Source: Zygnema circumcarinatum SAG 698-1b
Lineage: Eukaryota; Plantae; Zygnematophyceae
NCBI GenBank assembly: GCA_037447605.1
Contig: CM074813.1
Coordinates: forward strand, 248,001-312,000
DNA length: 64,000 bases
Direction: 5' to 3'
The first letter of the stretch is position 1. Each line of letters begins with the position of its first letter. The translations under genes and the position numbers were made by a program. The notes below the pieces were generated by a model. The model saw only the letters and a list, made by a program, of their open reading frames with translations. It made no database searches and was not told where the DNA came from. Of the stretch, positions 40,801-56,332 are shown one piece after another.

Positions 40801-43800
40801 AAGAGTCTTCTTGCTGATAGCATTTAGACGTCCCATTCAGCCCAGCTAGACAAAGATTTAAGTGAGAAGATCCTTTCATTGTAATGACTATCCCCAGCCA
40901 ACCGCTGGCTGGGGTGACTTTCCAAAATACAACCTTTATCTGAATTGAGTCCTGTTTTCCCTTTGCTGTCACTATGCCAAGCTACCATCTTGTTCTATCC
41001 TGCCTTGCATCCCTCCCAATGACCAATGATAACTAGAAGCCTAGCTAAGAGACTAGCGAGGGAGAGGACGGGAAGAGCAAGGAAGGGGCTCTTTCATCAA
41101 TCCAGCCGCCCGGGTAGAACATCTTCAGGATCGTCTTCCGGCTACTTGGCGTGCCTCTGAATCTCCCGGATCCTGGCTCTATGCTGCAGGCAGACCCACA
41201 GGACCAACACAACCCTTCATCAGTTTCAGCACGGACGCGCGAGTGGCCGTACAGCACCTGCAACTAGCTCAGCAGTCTCCTCTTAACCCCACTTATCTTG
41301 GTATCAGAGCTGAAGGTTTTGCAGATCCACGTACCTTGATACGTGAGGCTGCCGATCCTGTGACCCGTGTCACAGCCGCCATGGATGAAGAGCTGCAACA
41401 AGAGGGACAAGCAGATCTCCATGAGTATTCAGATGAAGACTTGGGACCTCAAGAAGAACCGGCGATCGGAAATCCAAGAACGGATTCAGATTCAGAGGAA
41501 GAAGCAGTCAGAGAGAGACTGAAGATGGGCATCACCGAAGAGAACCCTTATCCCAGTTTGGCTTACCTTGAGCAGATCGAGTCGATTGAAGAGCTGCAGC
41601 GACTCCACCTAGGTAGTGATGGCCATAAACTTCGCTAGCGATATGCACGCAGGATGATCAAGCTTGCAGCCTGCCCAGTTGCTGTAACGGCCGCAGATGC
41701 CGTGAAGAGAGGAGTTCCGTTCGAACCTGAGATCCCCCCTGCGGCCCACCAAAGACAAAACCCACGAGATTCAGCGGATAACCACTGCACCAGCAGTCCC
41801 TTCAACACAGGAGCCGCACGGAGCCCACACCAGACAAGGGATCCTCATAGACACCCTCACCTTCGGCGCTCACAACCGACCCATCCCGCAGCCCCAGGCG
41901 CGGCTTCAAGGAGAGCACAGGACGACTCGAAGACCTCTCAGCTTTTGCATGAACCTTAGAAAGACATACGAGTCATATCCGTAGTTTCCCAGCAAGATGG
42001 AAGAGATGATGACCAAACTGATAGCAATGATTCCTGAAAAGAGTGAGGTGAGGGATACCACGGGCATCATCACAAGAGGCTTCACCGGCAAGCAAGAAGA
42101 TGCAGAAGCATGGCTGAGACACCTTGAGGAGAAGGCAGCGCAAGCAGACCTGAAGGAGGACCAGTGGATCAAGCTGGCCCTTGGAGCGCTGGAAGGAGAG
42201 GCCGTCAACTGGAAGCTGTCCCGAAACTGGCACAAAGCGGATGTCGTCGGCACCCTGACAAGGGACACATTCAAGCAAGCTTTCAGACAACGCCAGATTT
42301 CAGATCCGATTACTAGTGATACCAATTTTCCTGATATAGCAGTGTGAGCAAGGAATGCTTGTTGTCAATTTGATCTGTAGTATTTCTGTGTCATGCAAAG
42401 ATGTGGATCCAGAACTTGCTTAACTTTCTTGAAGTTTCTCCAATGTTTCCTCTGCAAATGATCAGGTGATAGTGTCTCCACCTGTAATTGAAGTGCGCCA
42501 CAACCTGACCATACATGCTCAGGCTTGTTAGAAGGGCAGAGTGAACTCAGAAGGATCAAGAGAGAGGCAACCGACATGTACGACCACATTACATGAACGC
42601 TACAGATCCACGACAAGATCGACTCTACCAGCAGTTCCTGAAGACACAGAATCAGCAGTTGTATGATCCCTACGCTACATCTTCTAGGAACAAGCCATCT
42701 TTCTCCGGCATCCCTGCTCAGGACGTCCGGGCAGCCCCTATGGTGCAGCCTCTGGCTATAGCCAGCACAACCAAGCCCCTTCCCCTTTCCCCATACCCTC
42801 ATGATCCTGCGCATCCCATTGAGCCGGCGGTGAATCCTCACATACCAGATGTTTCTCGTCCAGGATATCGGGCTCCTTATTCCGGACGCGACACCAAGAG
42901 AGAGAAGCTGCCGTGGCCGACCATACCGGGCCTGGATGACGCAGGCAAAGGGTTCCAGGGCGTCTGCCTGTACCGCGGCCTGAATCATAACCGCTGTCGC
43001 TAGCAACGCATTTGACCCTCGCACCCTTCTCGGCCAGACACGGACATGATGCCCGTATGCGTACGCGGAGACTCTCAAGTGAGAAGGCCCGAAAAGGGAA
43101 AGAGGCAGCAGCAGGGAGCTCACCTGCAGAGATCACCTTCATGGATATGCTCCCGGCTACTCCCACACCACCGAGAACTCCGGCTCCCTTTCGCCCGCCT
43201 CCACCTCCTTCACCCGCTTACACCATCCTGCAACGTCCGCCCATCCACCTGCACCCCATGGACTCCCCTTCCCTGACAAACGCATTGGGTGCTGAGCCCG
43301 ATCCTGCTGCCCGCTCACGCACTGCCCAGATTGCCGCGGCATTGCAACCGGCTTGGTCCGAATCCCCCATCACTTCTGAAGAGGGTGCTCAAGCCCGGAT
43401 AGCCGAGATTGCAAATGCCTTGCGCAGGCTCCCTGTCAACCAACGTGATCCTCATTCACATCCCCTGCCATCCCCCCCTGCCATGCCGACTCCTCATTGG
43501 TCCATTTCTAATTCCCGCCACTTTTTGCCGCTTCGCCAACATTGCGCCTGTCGGCCGTACCTTTCGATTTCGAATTTGTCTTACTCCCTCCTCCACCTCC
43601 GGTCCTGCCGATACTCCCCATTGCCGAATGTACGAGGAAGCTTCTCCACACGGCCACCGACTCGCCTCCCGTCCACGTCATCCTTGGCTCCTCCCCTGCC
43701 CTTTGTCTCTTCTTCCTTGCGCCCGCAGGGGCGTGCGCTTGTTCCCCCCCCCNNNNNNNNNNCCCCCCCCCGGCATGTGCTACAGATGTAGCGTAACGGA

Positions 43801-44799
43801 GCTGCGTTCGACGGATCCGCGCCCGTTCAGTTGTACTTGACATGTTCATATTCAGTGTCACGGACCGGCCTGATCCAGGAATTGCCGACGGAAAATGCGA
43901 GACGGCGGCGCCATTTGTTGGCGGCCCACGGGACAGCACACCATCCAGCTAGGCGCACTTTCCGGGCGCCCGCCAGAATGGCCTCGATTGTCATCAGTTG
44001 ACCTATCGAGAAGGCTCCACGCGGTCAGTCAGGCCACTCAGTGGGCGGTTGGCCAATCAGGGATTGTCACTACTAAGGCTCAAGATCTATTGTCAGTGTT
44101 AGGTAGATGGGATGTCAGTGATGCTTGTTTGTCTTTTAGTGCTGGGCTTAGTATTTGTATTTGCTGTGTGGTTTGTTGTCTTGTTCTTCTCTTCTTCCTC
44201 TTCAGATCTAGCAACAGATGCTAAGTGTGAGAGAGAGAGAGAGTTCCATGCCATAGATAGAGAGAGAGAGAGAGAGAGAGAAAGAGTCTTCTTGCTGATA
44301 GCATTTAGACGTCCCATTCAGCCCAGCTAGACAAAGATTTAAGTGAGAAGATCCTTTCATTGTAATGACTATCCCCAGCCAACCGCTGGCTGGGGTGACT
44401 TTCCAAAATACAACCTTTATCTGAATTGAGTCCTGTTTTCCCTTTGCTGTCACTATGCCAAGCTACCATCTTGTTCTATCCTGCCTTGCATCCCTCCCAA
44501 TGACCAATGATAACTAGAAGCCTAGCTAAGAGACTAGCCGAGGAGAGGACAGGGGAAGAGAGCCCCCAAGGAAGGGCTCTTTGCGCATCGAGTCCAGCCG
44601 CCGGTGGGAACATCTTCAGGATCCCTACGTCTTCCGCTGCGCGTACCTCTGAATCTCCCGGATCCTGGCTCTATGCTGCAGGCAGACCCACAGGACCAAC
44701 ACAACCCTTCATCAGTTTCAGCACGGACGCGCGAGTGGCCGTACAGCACCTGCAACTAGCTCAGCAGTCTCCTCTTAACCCCACTTATCTTGTGCTACA
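40312..44799 (+). mobile_element. Gag-only Ty3/gypsy-type LTR retrotransposon, degenerate
   Basis: LTRs ~40312-41298 and 43787-44799 (TGTAGC...GCTACA), 4-bp TSD AATA, tRNA-iMet PBS at 41299-41310. No pol. Two N gaps lie inside the element. Confidence 0.88.
41243..43003 (+). pseudogene. Fragmented retrotransposon Gag (Ty3/gypsy-like capsid plus degenerate zinc knuckle)
   Basis: GFTGKQEDAEAWLRHLEEKAAQADLKEDQWIKLALGALEGEAVNW...TFKQAFRQR is Retrotrans_gag-like, with GVCLYRGLNHNRC downstream. Broken by stops and frameshifts. Confidence 0.75.
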
Positions 44800-45810
44800 A
44801 ATATCTGCCTGCCCGAATCCGCTCGGAGCGGAAGATCCGTCCGCCACGAGATCGTTCGCGGGTGTCCGTCCTTCACACGTGTTTGTCAATCGCAGCTGTC
44901 GATTCCCTCGCAGATCACACCACTGCAGATCACCGTTCGATCTGCAGCCGGGCTCGATCTTAGCGAATGGAAAGCGCCCACGATTCCCGTCAAAGCCAAA
45001 TCGCAAGTGCGAGTGCGCGCGTCCTTCGGCCCGAGATCTCGTCATTGTTAGCTCCCAGCCAATCAACATCTGCCACGTGTTACATTTTTGACGTGGAAAA
45101 TTTTGATTGGTCTAAAATCTCAATGTACGAAATTTTGGGTTCTTCAAGTTGCAACCGTACGACATTTGTACGGGCAAACTTTTGAGAGGACTTTGGCGGG
45201 ATACGTGGGCTCGTGCCATGCGCTGTGACCGAGCCCGGCTGCAGATCAAATAGTGATCTGCCGTGTTGCGATCTGTGAGGGAATCGACGGTTGCGATTGC
45301 GATTGACCGCACGCGTGAAAAAAAATTCAGATAGGCGGGATTTTCAAAATGGGGTGACGGGTTATCATTTTCCTTGTTTCGCAGAAATAAAATCTGCTTA
45401 TGGAGGGTGGTATCGATTCCAAAAAGGTGTGAAAAAAGCATTTTCCGTTTTTAATCCTTTTTGAAATCTGCCCGGCCGGGAAGGGGTGTTTGGATCCAAA
45501 AAAGGGGTGGAAATATCACTACCCTACTAAAGATGGTTTATACGGAGAATTCGTTTGCAGGCGGATCGCTCTGCCCTCAAGTGTGCTCGTTTTTGGTATC
45601 AGATTGACGGAAGGCCTTTCTTCAGTGACGATTTTTAGGGTCTGACATGCTCTACGATTCTCCTGGCAGGCGTCCTTCCCTCGTGGAATTTCCTCCCCAG
45701 TTCCCACCCTCGCCCTCTCTCTTCCCTCTCCCGCAGCCATGCGTCGCCTGCAGACTATGGAAATAGCCCTTTTGACCATCGGAAACGTACCCGACTCGAG
45801 ACATTTTAAA

Positions 45811-46023
45811 GGGTGTCAGACTTAACGAAATCTTACGAACAAGAACGTTCCGGAAGTACTCCGCCGCAGCAGAATACCGGTGTCACCCGAGTACTCGTTC
45901 TGACCGAAAACTTATGAACACCATTTAAGTCTGACACCCCCAATTAGGGCGTGTTAGACTTAAAAAAAATCTCGTATTACTAAAAACTCGATATTCGTAA
46001 CTTTTGTTAAGTCTGACACGCCC
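45811..46023. mobile_element. Two adjacent small MITEs of the GGGxGTGTCAGACTTAA TIR family (45811-45941; 45947-46023)
   Basis: The first is a reverse-complement homologue of 25509-25665. The second has related TIRs gggcgtgttagacttaa/ttaagtctgacacgccc flanked by TA. Confidence 0.75.
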
Positions 46024-46465
46024 TAATCTATAAAAATACACTTGTCTCATCAACTCTTAGAAACGGTTCCATGTGCAAGAAACAGATAATGCCGGGAGCG
46101 ATTTATTTTTTTGCATGCAGTTAAAAAAAAAAACGCCCATTGAAATGACTACAGAGCCTCCGGATTTTCCATACATGTTCTTATTAATTAAAAGAAAATG
46201 GTAAGCAAATTCATGCTTTTCACTTGAAAGTGGAAAACTAAATGTGAAAAGGCGAAGAGCATGCGCCATTTTGAACGCCAAGACTGCTTACATCTCCTTC
46301 CTCTCTCTCTCTTCAATTTACAGATAATTAAAACTTATGGAACATATTACTTCACACTTAGACTTGCAAACTGAATTCTATATCTTGCTAAAAACATGAC
46401 TTACACTGTGCTTTTGGAGATTTTGTCTATTGCCTATCGCCTCCTTTTTTTTAGTTTAGTAGTTT

Positions 46466-49400
46466 TTACGGATACCACTTATCTGTCGTCAAATGTGGGA
46501 AAGTTTCGATCTTTTTCTTCGCCCGAGAAAGGATTGTGTAGTCCACCAAAGCCTGCGGACAGGAATTGACACAGACGGAAAAGACTGCTCAATGGCTGAA
46601 GGGAGAGGGAGGAAAGTGTGGAAGTGGGCGAGGGAGGGACAATGGAGCGAAAAGAGGGAGAAGAGGGAAAGCAAAATCTGGACAGTGGGAGACAAGCAGA
46701 GAGGAAGGACCGGTAGTGGGAAGGAGAGCGGGAGTCACAGCAACAGCAACAGCAGTAGGAGTGGGAACGGGGGAGAGCTGCAGAGCGAAGAAGTGGCTGC
46801 AAATAAGGGAGAGGAAGCCGAGTGGTGGAGGAGCAGGATTGGGAAAGAGTGGTAAGCAGGTAGAAAGCAGGAGCGAAAGAGAGAACGTGAATGGCGACGA
46901 AAGCGAGGACAGAGAGAGAAAGAGAGGGGGCGGGAAAGAGAGAGGGCGAGAGAATGTGAGAGAGAGACAGTGAGAGAGGAAGGGGGGGAGAGAGGGAGAG
47001 AGACAGTGTGAGAGCGACACAGTGAGAGGCGACTTCTTATATTTCCCCCCAATGTCTTTTTTTTTTTGTTTGCATGTACTTGCCTACCCACAATTACCGG
47101 GGGGGAGAGAGAGCGGTCGAGAGACAGTGAGCGAGAGAGTAAGGGGGGGAGAGAGGAGCGAGAGAGAGAGAGCGAGAGACAGTGAGCGAGATAGTGAGAC
47201 GGGGAGAGAGAGAGAGGGCGAGGGACAGAGAGCGAGCGAGAGAGTGTGGGGGACAGAGAGAGGGCGAGAAACAGTGAGCGAGAGAGAGAGAGGGAGGGGA
47301 AGATAGAGAAGACGAGAGACAGTGTGAGAGAGAGACAGTAAGCGAGAGAGAGAGAGAGAGCGGGGGTGGTCTGACCCACCCTTTGGTAGGTGTCAAAGGT
47401 TGGCTGCTTGGCCTCCCCCTCCACCGCGCGGTTGGCCTCCCACCACTTGGAGCCCTCCCCCCAGTGGTGCCGGAAGTCGTCCTGCAGCCGCAGCTCGTAG
47501 AGCGCCTTCAAGGGGTCGAAGAACCCCTCCGCCCACTCGTCGCTCGCCACGTACAGCGTCCGCCCCACGTCCACCAGCTTCGGAAGCTTCTCCACCAATC
47601 TGCGCACGCCACGTGGCGAGTGCCACACTTTTGTTGTTCAGGCTTGCATGTTCCTTTCATGTCTCTACTTATGGACCATGTTCTGACAGTTCAGACTTTA
47701 GATACGACGTGCATGCACTCGATGTTCATGTTATGTACATGCCTGTGGCCCATGCTGGCATCTTGAGGATGAGAAATTCTTAAACTTGAAGCTAGAAAGT
47801 GGAAAGCGTAATCGTAGAAATGACCTCTTGCGTTGTTTAACACGTGTTTGCTAGAGCACTGCACACAACATGGGCATGAAATGGTACCTTTCGGGTCGCG
47901 TGTCTTTTTCTAAGTTGGGCCACTGCCTGATGCGCTTCGCTTTGTCCCCTCTCCGCACGTGCACAGCGTCGTAATCTCCATCGTTCATTTCCGCGATTAT
48001 CGCCTCCGCCATTGTCAGCAAATGGGGCGCGTGCCAAATTTCAGCGTTCCTCGCATTATTCTCGGGGTCCTGCACGCAAACCGGCTCAAAGGGGGGCTTC
48101 AGAGTAATATTTATTTGGACAAAATCTTCGCTGGTATAAATAGCTCACGCATCAAAGTAGAGCTTCCTTCGACAGACATCAATTGAGGGACTGATTCCTT
48201 GGAATTGAAAAATGGAATTCCTTATATATCATTTTAATTAAGAATGATAAGATAAAAGATAGTTAACTCACCTCCTTTTTATCGAACACGAATCGGTTCC
48301 ACTTGTTGGTGTAATCACGCTCAAGCACTGTCGCGCTCTCGTCCACAAATTCGCCCGTTTTTTCATCCGGCCCAATTTTCCGCCAGCTTATGTTTTCGTC
48401 TCCCGTCCTCCTCACCCTCCCCCAAAACTCGCTCTCCTCGATGATGTTCACATACCTGCAAAGCGGTTGAAGAAAGGGTGCAGGATTGTCATTATATGTG
48501 TTGATAAAACCCCACAAGCCATCAACTTCCATCAACATAGAACTGCACTTCAACACAGAAATCCAAAGCAACCAATAACTGCAAACATCGGCCACTTATG
48601 CAACCATATCAAACCAATTAGCTCCGTTTCCTGAAAGCCTGACGGTTCTCCTAATCAGCCAATTGACCTTCTTAACAAAAGAACTTTCAGAAGTCGACCT
48701 AACCTCTGATGACAGAGACCCCATATGCAAAAGGAACTCTAACACTGAACCACAGAGACTTTCTGCAGGCAATGCTTACTCCTTGACGAGGCGTTCTTTG
48801 TGGAAAACAACGCCCGGATCCTTCCGTTCCAGCATCCCGCGATTGTGGTGGGGAGCAATGCACATGGGCATCCAAACCAATATTCGATTTAGTCGCCGAG
48901 CCTCCGCCATCATGCCCCATAGACTCCGCGTATAGTGTAACAATCCAGCACAGTAGTCATTACAAAGCGTATAAAGCATGTACTTCTTGTTCAAGTCAAG
49001 GCCTTCATCCAGCTTGGGGTAATTGAGCCTTATTTCCGCCGCATCGGCGAGCCATCCGGGCTTCAATCTGTCCTCTTCACAGCGACCGTCGTCCTTCGCC
49101 GCCTCCTTTTTCTTCTCCTCCTCTTTCCTCTTCTCCTCTTCCTCTTGCCTTCTCCTCTCCTCTTCCTCTTGCTTTCTTCTTTCCTCTTCCTCTTGCCTTT
49201 TTCTCTCCTCTTCCTCCTCCCGCTTCTTCCTTTCCTCTTCCTCCTCCCTCTTCTTCCTCTCCTCTTGCTCCTCCCTCTTTTTCCTCTCCTCTTCCTCCCT
49301 TTCCTCTTCCTCCTTTTTCCTCTCCTCCTCCTTTTTCCTCTCCTCCTCCTCCTTTTTCCTCTCCTCTTCCTCCTCCCTCTTCTTCCTCTCTTCCTCCTCC

Positions 49401-49870
49401 ATCCTCTTCCTCTCCTCCTCCCTCGTTTCCTCCTGACTTCTCGCGTCTTCCTCCGCCCCCTTTCTCCCCACCTCCTCACTACTTTCCTCACCCACTTCTA
49501 AGCTCTTCACATCACTCCATTTCTCTCCCACTCTCTCCCCACTCACCCTCAGCCCTCCCCTCTCCTTTCTCCCTCTCCCACCTCCCAATAATTTCACCTC
49601 CCCCCCCTCTCCCAGTCTACCCTCCTCTTCCCCAACCAACGTTGACTTCAAGCTTTCGAGCTCATGTAACTTGGACTCCACATCCGATCTCAAAATTTTC
49701 ATCTTTTGCTCGAAGAATCCCACGAGTACGAACAGAGAAACGAGCACAAGGATAGAAACGCAAATTGTTTCTCTGTGAAACTTAAGGGTGAAGTGAATGG
49801 TCCTTGGATCTTTGCTTCTATCCTCCTGCGAATTCCGCGAATGGCCCCACTTGGAGCCGCCGTTCCTCAT
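46466..49870 (-). CDS. SUB1-like O-fucosyltransferase-fold glycosyltransferase, paralogue A, 5 exons
   Basis: Exons 49870-48780, 48455-48272, 48069-47888, 47599-47380, 46552-46466. TM helix and E/K-rich stem, then NDYCAGLLHY, DYDAVHVRRGDK, WPNLEKDT, LYVASDE, FDTYQR and VDY...IETFPHLT, matching recalled motifs of the Arabidopsis SUB1/SUL family. Confidence 0.85.
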
Positions 49871-51969
49871 TTGACCGATAATTTCTATTCGACTTTTGGA
49901 GTTAGGGTTGACTTTGTATTTGAGGTTGACAGAGATGGCTTGAAGGGGACACCTGTCAAGCAAGGAGAGGGTGCCACGTTTCAAAATCAAGAAGTGAGGT
50001 ACTGTTTCTGGTTAGGAAATGGAGGAGGAAAGCGGCCACTGGAAAAAAAACTGGTGAGGGAAGCAAGCACAGAGTGAGAAAGGAAGCAGAAAAAGGAAGT
50101 GAAGGAAAGAAAGAGGAGAGTTGAGGAGGAGAGAGGGCGAGGGGAGGGGAGAGAATATCAAAGGGGGAAGCGGAGAGACGGGAAGGAGATAGGGAAAGTG
50201 AATATGGGAAGAGGGAGATAAAGGGAGAGAGGGGGGGAGAGAGATAGAAAAGGGAGCAAACGAGAGAGATAGAATAGGGCGAGAGTCAGAGAGAGAGACA
50301 GAGAGAGAGGGCGCAAGAGGGAGAGAGAGAGGGAGCACCTTCAATGCCTCCCACTGCCAGTCCGGGCAGCAGTAGCAGCCACTTTTTTTTCTCCGCCCTA
50401 AGCCGTGGGGATATAAACTCCAGCTTCAGGTCCTCCTACTCACACGACCGGTATGTCGGTTGGAAAATAATGAACGGCCGTACAACCGTCCAATGTCGTT
50501 AAATTGGTGGTCCTGCATACGGCCAAAACAGTAATTTATCCCATTTTATGTTTCGGTACAGCTCTAAAAGTCTTGAAATGAGCGTATGAGCGTACGGTCA
50601 GAATGATATGATTGTGAATCTTCAGAAGCCGTACGCATCCTAAAAGATAAAATCGTACGAAAAAATGTACGAAATGCCGGCTTGGGATCATACGGGAAAT
50701 GCGGGAAGGGTCCTGACGGTTATGTGTACGGTCTATACAACCGTCGGTTCTGTCTCTTTCCCAACTGTCGTAGCTTCCTAACCGCGCGGACCACCGACCG
50801 AAAACCGTTTATCTTATCCGTACGGTCGGTAAGCAAATCTTTGCATCTAGTTTGTCATTTGCGGGACCAAGTCTTCCGTCCACGTGGCGATATCTCATTG
50901 GCCCGTGGGCTCAGACGGTGGGCCCATGCATGGGTCTAACGCATATGTCGTTGTTGAACATGGCTCATGAGACAATGAGAAGTTCGAATTGGGATTGGTC
51001 TCACTATGGCCATGACATGGAAGGTACGTGCACAACAACAGCAACAACAACATGGGGAACGACGAGGAGCAACCGGTCGCAAAGGACCTCTCGTGCTTAA
51101 AACTCACGGCGAACACATTTCATACCTGAGAAGTCTAAATTTTGGTCGATAAAAAGGAGAGTTTCTTAGGGTTTAACAATGTGTTTTGCTCCGAGTTTAT
51201 GGCTGATGTGACTGCGGCGCTGGCTGCCTTGTTCAGAGCCGGACTGCTTGAAGTGTTTGCAGCCCCATACATTAAAATTCCGACTTTGACACTGCCTGCA
51301 GTGTGAGGAACTTACAGAACTGACTATTGCGACTAATTATCTCCTCCTCCCCTCACTCAGAGTCTTGTCTACACTGCTAACTCGTTCCTTCCGTCTCTCT
51401 CCAAAAACGCCTCTCCATCTTCCTCCAGTAAGTTCCGACCCTCCCTTAAACTTACAATCCCCATAGAATTGCTGTTTCTCCGACTATAGCTATCTCCCCT
51501 TCCTTCTTACAGCCCCCATCTTTCCTTCTTGTCCCCCTCTCACTCTTTCTCTCCCTCTGTCACTCAAGTTGCTCCCGCCGGCGGCCCTTCTTAATTTCCA
51601 GCAGTCTCTTGAGTGATGAAGCAACAGGCTCTTTTATGAAAGGCGTACACATAAATCGTTATCATTCAATAAGATAGGGGAGATATTTATTCTGAGGGCT
51701 ATGAAAAACTGTAATGTACTAAAATTTCCTCCACCCGACAAACTTATGCCTCGTTTCTAAGTGTTTATGGCTCCTCCTGCATTTTAGCAATTTCTTCCAT
51801 TTGGAAACTTGGAGCTCGAGGCGCTCTGAATCTTCGACTCTGAGCACGTCGAACTTAGAATAATATTCATGCTTTGCATGGACACATGTCCTAAAAAGAT
51901 GCAAAATTATTCTATCGTACATGAAATACAAGTTCTTCTACTCATCTTTTCCTTGCTCGGGCTCAGCTC

Positions 51970-54941
<2,972 letters not shown>

Positions 54942-56332
54942 TTTGTCTTTGGCTCAATTGATGTAGCGAGAGAGAGGGAGAGATGGGGTTGTGGGGCGGA
55001 GAGAGAGAGGGAGAGAGAGGGAGAGATGGGGTAGTGGGGTGGGGAGAGAGAGAGAAAGAGAGGGTATGGGCAGTAGTGGGAGGAGGATGGGAGACAGAGA
55101 GAGAGGAGGGGGGAGGCTGGGAGAGTGAGAGATTATCAGAAGGGTAAGTTAGTGAGGGAAGAAGTTAGTCAAATCATGGCAGTTGGATGCGACAAAAAAC
55201 CAACAAAAATGGAAAGTTGTACTTGTCATAAACGACCGCGGCCTACAAAAGTCGGTATAATAATCCAAAACCTACTCGAGCGGTCAACCGCCGCAGTCCG
55301 ACGGTTAGAAGGTCCCACCCGAAATTTGGCGAGCGGGAGAACCGGATTCTATTTTGGACGGTAGCGGTGGAATCTTGACCGCTGGGATTGGGTCTTTCCC
55401 CGAAACGACAAACTAACGTTCCAGTAAAATCTTCGAAAAAGGACAAGATTGATCCTCCGATGAGCCAAACCATACGGACGACATTTTATCGGTTTGTCGT
55501 TTTCGCTGTCAGTAGCACGTCAGGACTCCGAACTGGATCGCGTCAGATTCAGAAGCTTACAACTTATGGTTTGCAGTCCTCAAAATTTCAAATTTTCTGA
55601 CAGAACTGTTAACTGGGCACAGGGCTCTTGGCAAATCCATACGCCACGTCATCATCCAGTGATCATCCAACCAATAGGAGTTCGCCACGTATGATCGGCG
55701 GCAGGCTGTGGTAACAACCGGCTTTTCTAAATCGAATTTGGGCGGCATATATTGTCGTTAGCGACCTTGTAACTGTACGAGTATCGTACAAACATGTACG
55801 GCAGGCGGCTGCCGACCGTCTGCTGAAAATTTTCCAGCCGGCCGACTAGTTGCTGGCGTCATCGGGTGCATTGACTGGACAGGCGGTCACCGTTACCGTA
55901 CAGGAGACTCGTACGGTATGACGTAATGGTCCGGAGTTTCGCACAGGAAAGGACATCACTGTTGAGAGGCTTTAACTTTATCGAGGTTTATTTGATAAAG
56001 TAGAACTCACTTAAAGCCACTGCATATGTCAAACACTGAATAGTGACTTTCGTGGTTTCTTCATCGATCGTTTAATTATTGAAAAAAAGAAGCGAACCAG
56101 CAAGTGGTTCCACATGGAAACCTCACAACCTCAATTTACTTTTAAAACATTTTAAAAGCTAACACATGTAAACAGACAAAGATTGATTCATCTCTTCACT
56201 TCGTTCTTTTTTAAACGAAATGATCATTTGCAAGCACCAAAAGGCCTACATTACAAATACTGTTTTCTCAAAAACTTCCATTCTTCTAATTTATTAGGTA
56301 ACATATTTATTTTTTTCTTTCGGCCCAGACTT

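Larger units (their letters stand above)
40081..45524. mobile_element. Non-autonomous long-TIR DNA transposon (MULE-like) carrying an LTR element
   Basis: TIR GGGTAGTGATATTTCCACCCC... is near-identical for ~115 bp and recognisable for ~220 bp. 8-bp TSD TACTAAAG (40073-40080, 45525-45532). No transposase. The superfamily is inferred from TIR length and the G start. Confidence 0.8.

Noticed and set aside
41300-43790. DIRS/Ngaro tyrosine-recombinase element
   Set aside because: No YR, RT or methyltransferase motifs were seen. The tRNA PBS, TG..CA ends and TSD indicate an LTR element. Only the terminal geometry resembles split repeats (see findings).
46735-47110. Apparent last exon VIVGRQVHANKKK with a non-canonical CG acceptor (and VIGARV in paralogue C)
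   Set aside because: True final exons with canonical AG acceptors (xxVDY...ETFPHLT.DKWYP*) exist at 46552, 52056 and 56419 in all three paralogues.
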